DNA of 63,811 nucleotides, counting the filler, from Nemertoderma westbladi (taxonomy: Eukaryota > Animalia > Xenacoelomorpha): NCBI GenBank assembly GCA_032718475.1. It is 3 parts of 3 records of this genome, joined end to end, with 100 filler letters (N's around TTAATTAATTAA, not from the genome) between each part and the next. Parts side by side here need not be neighbours in the genome. Positions count along the whole stretch, not along the records: positions 1 to 22,889 come from JAUCBJ010003345.1; 2 more parts are not named here. The stretch is one strand, 5' to 3'. The notes under the pieces are model-generated. The model was not told the DNA's origin and did not search any database. It worked only from the letters and a program-made list of their open reading frames with translations. Positions 11,101-21,200 of the stretch are shown piece by piece. Every line of letters starts with the position of its first letter. Position 1 is the stretch's first letter. The position numbers and the translations under genes are program-made.

Positions 11101-11244
11101 TTTAGTCACCTGACGGATGATATACGAATAGAATACGGACTAAAATATAATAGTTTGATAGACTTGTTTAAAGAAACGTACAGTGCAGCGGTACTACTAT
11201 GTAAATTTATTGAAGCAGTATTAAAAGTTTTTTCGAATAATTAA
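8131..11244 (+). CDS. LINE ORF2: AP endonuclease, reverse transcriptase and C-terminal Cys/His motif
   Basis: Uninterrupted frame with CTWNIGG, IQET, GDFNAR, SDH, FIDYSKAYDRV, GVRQG, LFMDD, YLGS, LLYGSESW and ETGRW..RICCC..DEPH. No ATG precedes the first endonuclease motifs. Confidence 0.93.
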   Translation, partial: GGLTRRAEIQKLNLCTWNIGGVRDKLNNCRIFAFIHEYDLVWIQETKTRAKIKVPGYMVYPNPSKNPNRGGIILLVKNWLTEYIKNVDNTSVEGAIWVELDNFSDMVFGGVYIPPVDSPYFDIGLFAELQRKLTTLENFILLGDFNARVGRPNLIFTAPNIEGMEPQNLRYESINDPIINSNGNIFRNLCQCANAVICNNLNIGPLHLQGGLTYRKGTNWVSEIDLCAVNIGLVHAVKSLSLHNSVAGSDHAPVSVCLELKIHNKLGNIQKRVELLGKTDFESRTSFDTNGVKKGKCFQKVDMDKFMSKMERIDPPIVTEDNLNQQDIQRIIDEWFNTVDDTASECSLLLDDKRIRNQDQNISRWIKLLTSHDSKEIWNALDWNGCIDEVNKSVGEQHDSPSDDQFKHHFETLLNPDNESIGMDEVDTSDGPFIPLLDNPFSERELVESLADLKPGKGYIGVSPGLITRLPGSWLLFILSMFNAIFLNTVFPATWAISKLIVCFKSGTRSECGNYRGLSIMYTLAKLFDILLYNRLRVWVNIDKCQAGAQKNRGCLEQIMSLRLLIDFAKFKKCKLFIIFIDYSKAYDRVPRQKLIAELKLLGCGAVMLSIIKALYSGTKSILKSTVIFTAIGVRQGAPTSGLLFCLYLNRLIRMLKDAVRQDGFLGGLVALLFMDDTVILSTTRDISVIKLKRLAEFCRISGMVVNEKKSKFFVINGNNSDRLPFQMDIFTIRACESYVYLGSIFSADGRISTVLKLHEIKCEHIVNKFTIFCMRNSEIPFALKRRVFDACVVSALLYGSESWLSNNLRNIEKLYNRLVRILLSVRTQTPIDICLIESGIPPLKHWILTARKRYVKQLLLLCDNELPIVKVFNMCNMNNTPGYKLLMESLDYNNKDPLDTIRTKIINKPMTATKFNTYRTTMNPDLEPHPIYSCLNPLIPDHNRKHFTKLRLMSHRLKVETGRWSRIPPEQRICCCNTNLVQDEPHVLLFSHLTDDIRIEYGLKYNSLIDLFKETYSAAVLLCKFIEAVLKVFSNN

Positions 11245-11414
11245 TTAATAAATTAGAAATAATAATATTAGTAAGTGTTATTTACTTTTATATTTACTTA
11301 GTTTGTGCAAAAATATACTGAATATATTAATATTGCTGTTTGTTGCGATCGTAATGCATTACTATTACGCTATACTGTAGTGTGCAAAATATGATTTTGG
11401 CGAAAATTAAAGGC

Positions 11415-11455
11415 TGAACGGGCCAGTAAACCGTTCACTACTACTACTACTACTA
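11415..11455 (+). other. LINE 3' terminal stem-loop and (CTA)6 tail
   Basis: TGAACGG-gccagtaaa-CCGTTCA (7-bp stem) is immediately followed by CTA repeats. Confidence 0.75.
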
Positions 11456-12684
11456 TCAAGTACAATGCACACATCTCCAACCAGACACTATATAACATTG
11501 GAGGTGCCTTATTGGTTCCCCCAAGCTTGACACTAGAACAAAATTGCCTCCGCTTTGCAGGACATTGCTTTCGCCGTGAGGACCAGCCAGTGCATAATCT
11601 TGTACTTTGGCAGCCTCATGGAGTGAATAAGCATGGTGGACAGCCCATGACTTTCTTGAGACGCATCTTAAAGGACACTGGCCTTAAAGATGCAGATGAT
11701 CTAGCAAATGTCATGGGTGATAGGGAGTTGTGGCGGTGCAATTTTGTTGACAAGCCGGCACAGCATTCTTAAAAATGCAGCTGCAATGCAGTATGCGGAT
11801 CCTAGTAGTAATAACCATATCGGAATCGGAAGACATTATTTAATTTATTTTATTGTAAATCAAACAAACAAAGTAAAACTTTTAAACTAAAACCATTATA
11901 AATGATTAATTGTGATTAAAGCAAGAGATTATATATAAGATATTTTCAAAAATAATACAGGTCTTAAACCATGAAATAAGAAAATAGCATAAATACGGTT
12001 TATTGGTTGGTTGGGAAATACAGTACAAATGAGAATCATTGGGTTGTGCGTAATAATAATAATAATCAATAATTATAATAAAAACGTACAGTATAATAGC
12101 AATGTTAGGCATCAAAATGGCACAGATGCGATAGGATTAGGTTAAGTAACCATGGAAACGCGTTCGCTTAACTGCGTAATGTGACAATGTGTACGTAATA
12201 ATAATAAAATAATAATAAAACTTCGTATATTTCCGGTACTCATATATAGGTAAAATACATGAGGCAGCACCGCACATTGAAGTACTTCAGCTGATAATAG
12301 AGGAAATACGTGTCAAAGTTCCACAGCAGGGTCAGGCCCGCCAAACTACAGTACACAATACTACAGTAGACCGGAAAATAACTACTGTACGACTTGGACA
12401 GGGACACAGAATCAACAGTTCTTGCATGAGCCACTACAGATCATGTTGATTTAATTAATTTCCTCATATCGATGAATGACTGGTGAGAGAAATTATAGGG
12501 TAGTTGGTAAATAAGTTTTATTCCAAAATTGTAACATTACATAACTAATGGGTACATAACTTAACACCGTCATTGGATACCCCATAAACAATAGGTGGAA
12601 ACTTGCCTGACAGCCAGATAGGCCAACTGCATTATCTACCGGTAGGCGCGGTATAGCTTTAAAAAACCAGTAGGGCCTAGCTAT

Positions 12685-15363
12685 TGGCTAAGGGCAGCAT
12701 TGGACAAAATAGACCAAATCTCTAACCGCATCATCCGTTGCCACTTCTCATGTTCTGGAAGATTGGCTAAGAAGTTTCCTAAGGTGGTTCTGATTGTGTG
12801 CTACTCTCCAACTAGTGTTGCCCCTGTAGAGGAGGTGGAAAATTTCTACCAGAATCTACAAGCAGCTACTGATGGAGTGGATCAGCATGCATTCTTAACA
12901 TTCCTGCGAGACTTTAATGCAAGTCTGCATCAATCACCTACATCACCCTGGGTTTATAGCAATAGTGTTAACCGAAATTCTGTCCATCTTCAGGATTTTA
13001 TCTCTGGAAATGGATTGTTTTCGGCTGGAACCCAGTTCAAGAAGCGAACTGGAAAGCTATGGACTCATAGTGGACCCAGTGGTCACAAGTCCCAGATAGA
13101 CCATATCCTGTTTCGTAGGAAATACAGGAGCTCTATACAAGACTGTAATGCATTTACACTATGACCCTTCTCCAGTGATCACCGCCTTATTGTGGCCAAG
13201 GTAAGATTTAGTCTGCGTGCTAGCAGAACAACGAAATCTGCCTTGCCGCGGCATGACTGGTCCTCTCTGTTGCAACAGCCAAGTGTGAGATCCAGCTTCA
13301 CACTACAGCTGAGCAACATATATGAGGTTCTTGCCTCTGAGGCGGCAGATCACTGTGAGGGCTATACTGCCTTCACAGAGGCAGTTAAGTTAGCAGCTGC
13401 AGAAACAGTTCCTGTATACCCTCAAAACAGGATGCAAACCCCCTGGAGTGACAACAAAATTCAGAAGTGCCAAAATGACCTCTACAAGGCGCAGAAAGAG
13501 TCCCAACTCAAACAGACTACAGCGGCCAAGAATGCAGTTAAGGCTGCATCTAGGTCCCTGAACAGGCAGTACTCTGTTAATTTACAGGAGCTAATAAACC
13601 AACAGGTTGATGCCATCAATGATGCTGGCGACAGCAGGCAATCATCCCAGGCATGGAGATCGATCAACTTGCTTGCTAGTCGAAAAAGCCAACCTACCAC
13701 CAAGGTTAAGGCTGAATCACCAGCCGATCGCCTCAATGGTTGGAAGGCCCACTTTGAAAAGCTCCTCAATAATGACAGGGTATTGCCTGATAACTTTATA
13801 GAAGTAAAAGTGTCTGAGTCTGTACTCCCAGATATTCCCATTGGTGATATCTCCATTGCAGAAATGAATGCTGCTGCAAAGAGCATTAAGACCAATCGTG
13901 CCAGTAGAGTAGATGGTGTTCCCCCTGAGGTATTTAAAATACCTGAGTGTTTAAAGCTCATCTATCCCATCATAGTAGACATGTACCGAACAACAAGAGT
14001 CTCACAAGAAATGAAAACAAATAAGTTGGTGCCAGTTCCGAAGAAGGGCAACCTAACACTCTATGGTTCTTTTCAGGGAATCTCATTGATCTCGATTGCC
14101 ACAAATCTATACAAAAGAATTCTATTAAATCGCATCAGGGATCCCATTGAGAGACTGCTCCGTGGAAATCAGAATGGGTTCCATAAAGGTTGTGGGACCA
14201 TGGAGCCCATTTTGGCACTTAGAAGGATAATTGAAGAGTTATCAAAAAAGAAAGACAGGCATCTGACTGTTATCTTTGTTGACTTCTTCAAGGCCTTTGA
14301 TTCAGTCTCTCGCTCACGTATGTTCAGCATCCTTTCATTATATGGGATTCCTGATGAAATTATTGCAGCAATCAGATCAGTATACGATGATTCGATGTTA
14401 TGGGGCATCCTCCATGGAGACACACTTGTACCATTCTTGTTCATAATTGTTGTTGACTATGTTCTACACATGTCCTTAGATCATCATGATGATGATGGGG
14501 TGATGATAACTCCACCTACTGGCTCCAAAAATCGATGAAATCCTGCCAAGTACCTAACTGATCTAGACTTTGCTGATGACTTAGGAGTACTCTCAGAATC
14601 ACTAGAGGGAGCCCAACAGTCCTCCGCTCATTAGAACATGCTGCTTCTAGTGTTGGTTTTTTTATTAACTCCAGAAAGACCACAATTTTGACAGTTAACT
14701 TTGAAAGTCCTCAGTAAGTCTCTGATCGGATGAGCATAAGCTCAAAAGATGGTATGCTTGAGCATGTGGATGACTTCTGTTACCTGGGATCATTGATCCG
14801 GAAGTCAGGTGAGGACCTTCGAATACGTAAGGGAAAGGCATGGGTAGCCTTGAATAGGCTTTCCAGGATTTGGAAGTCACCGACAATTAATCGGAAACTT
14901 AAGGTCGATTATTTAGAACAGGAGTAGTTCCAGTACTCCTCTATGGCCTAACTGCTGAGGACACAAAATCTCTGGATGGCACATTCACAAGAATGCTACG
15001 CCGGGTTCATTGTGTCAAGTACAATGCACACATCTCCAACCAGACACGATATAACATTGGAGGTGTCTCATTGGTTCCCCCAAGCTTGACACTAGAACAA
15101 AATTGCCTCCACTTTGCAGGACATTGCTTTCGCCGTGATGACCAGCCAGTGCATAATCTTGTACTTTGGCAGCCTCATGGAGTGAATAAGCAGGGTGGAC
15201 AACCCATGACTTTCTTGAGACGCATCTTAAAGGATACTGGCCTTGAAGATGCGGATGATCTAGCAAATGACATGGGTGATAGGGAGTTATGGCAGTGCAA
15301 TTTTATCAACGAACCGGAACAGCATTCTTAAGCCGATCTTATGCCGATCCTAGTAGTAGTAAT
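12685..15363 (+). mobile_element. 5'-truncated, pseudogenised RTE-clade LINE copy 2 (APE-RT)
   Basis: CYSPT, DFNA, SQIDHIL, SDH, FVDFFKAFDSV, LDFADDL, FCYLGS and FAGHCFR motifs, with stops, frameshifts and deletions. (TAG)n tail. ~16-bp TSD AGTAGGGCCTARCTAT at 12669-12684 and 15364-15379. Confidence 0.9.
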
Positions 15364-15556
15364 AGTAGGGCCTAACTATATTATTATAACATGGCTCCAA
15401 ACGCCATGATAAATATAAGCTAACTTATTTATAACATAATTTATATCATTTTTACATTTACTTATACAGCAACTAATATAATTTGTGCAGTTTCTATCAC
15501 TTATAATGTATATGTACAATCATTTTGCAATGTTAAAATTTTGGAATAAAAATGCA

Positions 15557-15693
15557 TACATACTTGTTGAAAAGTACTTTACAGTGTTCCGATCCTCGTG
15601 GCTTTATTTTCACTCACTCACTAACGTTCGTTCGTGTAACAAAGCCACTCGGATCGTCACACTGTAAAGTGCTACTTTACATACAAGTATGTA
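15557..15693. mobile_element. ~137-bp fold-back (MITE-like) element
   Basis: Nested complementary blocks TACATACTTGT/ACAAGTATGTA, ACTTTACAGTGT/ACACTGTAAAGT and GTGGCTTT/AAAGCCAC. Confidence 0.7.
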
Positions 15694-16010
15694 AATAGTT
15701 ATTACTTAGATCCGATGTTATCATGGTATTATCACGAATGTTTCTGGGAATAAAGAACATAGTATAATATATAGTCTGCATATGGGGGAAACTGCTCCAG
15801 GGGGAAATCGATGAAAGTAACAGCTGATTACTACTAAAACTGAAATCTATCTTCTATTGACTCTAGTTTATTGTTTAGGTTAGAATAACGTGCCACTGAG
15901 ATAGGATTTGCATCCAATTGCCCCCATTACCTAATGAAAATAATTATTCAATTAGCCCAAGATAACTTGTATTTTATTGAACGTCTTTTAAGTTCTTACA
16001 AATTTTTACT

Positions 16011-17891
16011 CTGTTTATTCACTATTTGTACGAGCTTCCATGCGTGTATGAAGCTGTTTATTTGCTATTTGTACGAGCTCCCGTGCGCGTATGACGCTGT
16101 TTATTCACTATTTGTACGAGCTCCCGTGCGCGTATGATGCTGTTTATTCGCTATTTGTACGAGCTCCCATGCGCGTATGATACAATTTATTCGCTATTTG
16201 TATGAGCTGCCGTGCGCGTATGACGCTGTTCATTCACTATTTGTACGAGCTCCTGTGCACGTATGACGCTGTTTATTCGCTATTTGTACGAGATTCCGTG
16301 CGCGTATGATGCTGTTTATTCGCTATTTGTACGAGCTTCCGTGCATGTATGATGCTGTTTATTTGCTATTTGTACGAGCTCCCGTGCATGTATGATGCTG
16401 TTTATTCGCTATTTGTACGAGATTCCGTGCGCGTATGATGCTGTTTATTCGCTATTTGTACGAGCTTCTGTGCATGTATGATGCTGTTTATTTGCTATTT
16501 GTACGAGCTCCCGTGCATGTATGACGCTGTTTATTCGCTATTTGTACGAGCTCCCATGCGCGTATGACGCAATTTATTCGCTATTTGTACGAGCTCCCGT
16601 GCATGTATGACACTGTTTATTCGCTATTTGTACTAGCTCCTGTGCACGTATGACGCTGTTTATTCGCTATTTGTACGAGCTCCCGTGCGCATATGACGCT
16701 GTTTATTTGCTATTTGTACGAGCTCCCATGCGCGTATCACGCTGTTTATTCACTATTTGTACGAGCTCCCGTGCGCGTATGACGCTGTTTATTCGCTATT
16801 TGTACGAGCTCCCATGCGCATATGATGCAATTTATTCGCTATTTGTATGAGCTGCCGTGTGCGTATAACACTGTTTATACGCTATTTGTACAATCTACCA
16901 TGCATGTATGACACTCGCTATTTGTACGAGCTGTCGTGCGTATATGACGCTGTTTATTCGCTATTTGTACGAGCTTCCGTGCGCGTATGCCGCTGTTTAT
17001 TCACTATTTGTACGAGCTCCCGTGCGTGTATGACGCTGTTTATTCGCTATTTGTACGAGCTTGCGTGCATGTATGACGCTGTTTATTCGCTATTTGTACG
17101 AGATTCCGTGTGCGTATGATGCTGTTTATTCGCTATTTGTACGAGCTTCCGTGCGTGTATGACGCTGTTTATTCGCTATTTGTACGAGCTCCTGTGCATG
17201 TATGACGCTGTTTATTCGCTATTTGTACTAGCTGCCGTGCGCGCATGACGCTGTTTATTCACTATTTGTAGGAGCTCCCGTGCGTGTATGATGCTATTTA
17301 TTCGCTATTTGTATGAGCTCCCGTGCGCGTATGATGCTGTTTATTCACTACTTGTACGAGCTTCCATGCGTGTATGACGCTGTTTATTCGCTATTTGTAA
17401 GAGCTCCCGTGCATGTATGACGCTGTTTATTCGCTATTTGTATGAACTCCCGTGCGTGTATGATGCTGTTTCTTCACTATTTGTATGGGCTCCCGTGCAT
17501 GTATGACGCTGTTTATTCGCTATTTGTACAAGCTGCCATGCGCACATGACGCTGTTTATTCACTATTTGTACGAGCTCCCGTGCACGTATGACACTGTTT
17601 ATTCACTACTTGTACGAGCTCCCGTGCGCATATGACGCTGTTTATTCACTATTTGTACGAGTTCCCGTGCATGTATGATGCTGTTTATTCGCTATTTGTA
17701 CAAGCTGCCATGCGCACATGATGCTGTTTATTCACTATTTGTACGAGCTCCCGTGCACGTATGACACTGTTTATTCACTACTTGTACGAGCTCCCGTGCG
17801 TATATGACGCTGTTTATTTGCTATTTGTACGAGCTCCCGTGCATGTATGACGCTGTTTATTCGCTATTTGTACAAGCTGCAGTGCGCACAT
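16011..17891. repeat. 43-bp minisatellite, ~44 copies
   Basis: Consensus CTGTTTATTCGCTATTTGTACGAGCTCCCGTGCGCGTATGACG. Units start at 16011, 16054, 16097 and 16140. The array stops mid-unit at the LTR. Confidence 0.97.
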
Positions 17892-18111
17892 TGATACGAT
17901 ATCAATCTAAATGATTTAAAGTGAGCGAGAGGGAAATTCAAACTGATGAATTATATAATTATATAATTATAATACTTGTCTTAGGGAGATAGGTGGCGGG
18001 TCGTACTACCGGTATATAACTGTCAGTGTTAGTCAGTATGCTCTATCTGTCAGTGGAAATAATAATTAATTATCATGCAGAGTATTTGCTTTTATATCTA
18101 TCAACACATCA
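17892..18111 (+). repeat. 5' LTR (220 bp, TGAT...ATCA)
   Basis: Matches 22685-22889 with one visible mismatch. Confidence 0.95.
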
Positions 18112-18122
18112 TGGCGCAGTAG
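18112..18122 (+). promoter_or_regulatory. Primer-binding site, probably tRNA-Ser
   Basis: TGGCGCAGTAG lies directly after the LTR and is complementary to a tRNA ending ...ACTGCGCCA. The tRNA identity is inferred. Confidence 0.7.
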
Positions 18123-18223
18123 TGTATTGCTAAACCACTAGGCTGTGGGCCTTGGAAATATCGGAACCTTAGAATTATTCGGACAATACTGCAATACATC
18201 ATTTGCTTAATTCGAAAACCACA

Positions 18224-21200
18224 ATGCCGTCTACATTGACTAAACTAAAACAACAACGAAATGGCATTAGCTCACATACTAAACAACTAATAGTAGAGGG
18301 GAAACAATTCCTAAATGATGGCACCAATGCGGACTCCGAAAACATAGAAAACATCCGCGATAAACTATATTCATACAATATTAAAATCGAAGATTTTAAT
18401 CAACAAATCTTAGACAAAATATCTGATGACGATGAATATGAGGAAGAAATAGAAAATTCTATGAAATTCCAGGAGGTTATAATGGATGTCTCCATTAGTT
18501 TAACAAATCGACTTAAAAGACTCCAAGACAACCCATCGCCATCATCAACTTCCGACAGAAATACAACACCAACACCACGCCCTGTTTCAACTGCCAGTGC
18601 CCCACAACTGGTATCTACTACTAGTTTTGCTGACTTTTTGCATTGGGAACAAAGGTGGGCAGATTTCTATGAATGTCAACATTTAGCACGCCAATCTATT
18701 GAAACACAACGTGCAACAATACGGTCATGTTTCGATGACGAAATATTACGTTTTATTCAACGTGGCATTATTGCTATCCCAGAAGAGCCAACATTAAGTG
18801 ATTTCATAACGGCAGTCCGAGTATTTATTCGACAACAACGAAATATTCTTTTGGACCGGATGGCGTTTTACCAACGTTCACAAGAACAAGGTGAACCATT
18901 TAACGAATATTTAGCTTCTATACGAGAACTACATTTGGCTTCAGATTTTGCACTTGACGTCAATTGCCATCAATGTCAACTCCATAATAGTGAACTTATT
19001 CGCGATAGGATCGTAGTTGGCATCTGCGATGACGAAACTCAACATAAACTCCTTTCAACACCAGAACTTACCATTGATGATGCAATTCGCATTTGTAAAG
19101 CCGAGGAAGCTGCACATAAAACCTCTACTTCTTTATCTGGTACAACTGTAATTAACCGGTTTAAAAACATATCAGCTTATAAAAAACAACAAAGAAGTAC
19201 ATTTATAAAATCAGCCCAATTGGCAGGACCAGTTAAAACACCAGATGCTTCCAATAATTACGTGAACCAAAATTCTACTTGTTGGCATTGTGGTGGAGAA
19301 CGACATTTAAGAAGCAATTGTCCTGCAAGTGGCAAACAATGTCCTCATTGTGGCAGAATAGGTCATTTTAGTAATGTATGTAGGTCAAAATCATCGCAAA
19401 TAGACCATAATCCCCATCATAAAAACTTTCGCCTAAAAATGTCATATGCAAGTATACATACCCTTAAAGTTACGGAAGAAACAATTAAGATCAACCTCCG
19501 ACTCATTGGAAACCCGGAATTAGCGGTCCACTGGATTGGAGATTCAGGGTCTGATTACAATGCCATAAATTACAATTTATACAAGCGACTTGGGGGACAT
19601 CAAGATAACCTCTCACCAGACAATCACCCTGTTGAACTGGCAGATGGTCGGCCAATTCCTAGCCTGGGTATTGCTACTTGCGAACTTCTTTATAATGACA
19701 ATACTTATAACATCCAAGTCCATGTCTATAAAAAACTCACTGACCCACTTCTTTGTCGTCAAACACTACGTGACATTGGACTCTTGCATCCAAAATGGCC
19801 TAACCATCTGAATTTGGCAGTTTCAACAGCTTCTAGAACCATTTCAACAGATTCAACAAGAGAACAGTTCTTATTACAATATTCTGATGTCTTCGATGAT
19901 AGCTCATTACCACCAATGTCAGGCCCTTCAATGGCCATCCAATTAAAACCAGATTCAACCCCATATCATGTTAATGGGGCCAGGACCATCCCATACGCTT
20001 ATCGCGATCAGATAAAACTCCAACTCGATGATATGGAAGGGAAGGGAATCATTGAAAGAGTAACTCAACCTTGTAACTGGTGTCACCCTATTGTTATAGT
20101 TGATAAGCCACACTCCACTGAAAAAAGAATGACAGTGGATCTTACTCACCTCAACAATCAGGTAAATACAGTAATACATCCCTGTGTAACCCCAAAGGAT
20201 GCAATTTCAGGAATTCAACGAGGTTCTTCGTACTTTACCACAATCGATGCCAGACATGGATATTGGCAAGTCCCCTTAGATGAAAAATCAAGGGCATTAA
20301 CAACATTCATAACACCATGGGGTAGATATCGTTACCTTCGTGACCCACAAGGTTTTGTTTGTGCAGGGGATGAGTATAATCGTCGCACAGACGCAGCTTT
20401 TGAAGGGATACAAAATTTCAAAAAAGTTGTGGATGATGCTATTGCATATGATAATGATTATAATAAACATCTAGAACGCGTCCATCAGATCCTTCAATGT
20501 GCTCGAAATAATGGGATTACTTTAAGTGCTAAGAAATTCATATTTGCCAAACCAGAAGTTAAATTTTGTGGATACATTATTAATTCTGATGGTTGGAAAA
20601 CAGATCCAGACAAATTGAAAGCAATACAAGACTTTCCCATTCCCACAAATAAGACAGATCTACGTTCCTTCTTAGGTCTTACCCAACAATTTGCAGAATT
20701 TATAGAAGTAGCAAAGCTTACAGAACCACTTCGCTCATTACTAACCAAACAAGTAGAATTCCTATGGGATTCCAATCATCAGGATGCCTTTAACAAAACA
20801 TGCAAATCACTCACAGACACCCCGACCTTATCATTTTTTGACCTACGTCTTCCCACAAAATTGGAAACAGATGCTTCACGGACAAAGGGTCTCGGTTATG
20901 CCTTATGGCAATTGGACGGATCATCTTGGAAGCTCATACAGGTTGGAAGTCGATACCTTGCAGACGTGGAGACACGTTATGCAATGATCGAGTTAGAACT
21001 TCTTGCTGTGGTTTGGGCTACAAAAAAATGCCAAAACTTCCTTCTGGGCACAGAATTTCAATTAATAATTGATCATAAACCATTACTCCCATTCTTGAAC
21101 TCATATGCTCTTAATAACGTAGAAAATCCAAGACTTCTACGAATGTTGCTTAAATTACAACAGTTTCGATTTAAAGCAACCTGGGTCCCAGGCAAAGAAC

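Larger units (their letters stand above)
7053..11453 (+). mobile_element. Apparently full-length 4.4-kb two-ORF non-LTR retrotransposon (RTE-related group; Proto2/RTEX-like, clade uncertain)
   Basis: 5' UTR, ORF1, APE-RT ORF2, 3' hairpin and (CTA)6 tail. TSD TATCA at 7048-7052 and 11454-11458. Confidence 0.9.
6975..11810 (+). mobile_element. 5'-truncated RTE-clade LINE copy 1 (~430 bp: 6975-7052 plus 11459-11810), split by a younger LINE
   Basis: Both halves align contiguously with ~14948-15330. It has a TAG-repeat tail and a 10-bp TSD, ATAACCATAT, at 6965-6974 and 11811-11820. Confidence 0.9.

Noticed and set aside
12240-12450. Possible exon or 5' half of POLB
   Set aside because: Translations on either strand show no pol beta or other recognisable similarity.
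16011-17891. 43-bp array (and the 52- and 53-bp arrays) as a possible CRISPR array
   Set aside because: The units are contiguous with no unique spacers, there are no cas genes, and the context is eukaryotic.
17943-17950. CTGATGA in the Gypsy LTR (also at about 14351, 14574 and 51299) as further hammerheads
   Set aside because: I saw no stem II followed by GAAA and no closing stems.
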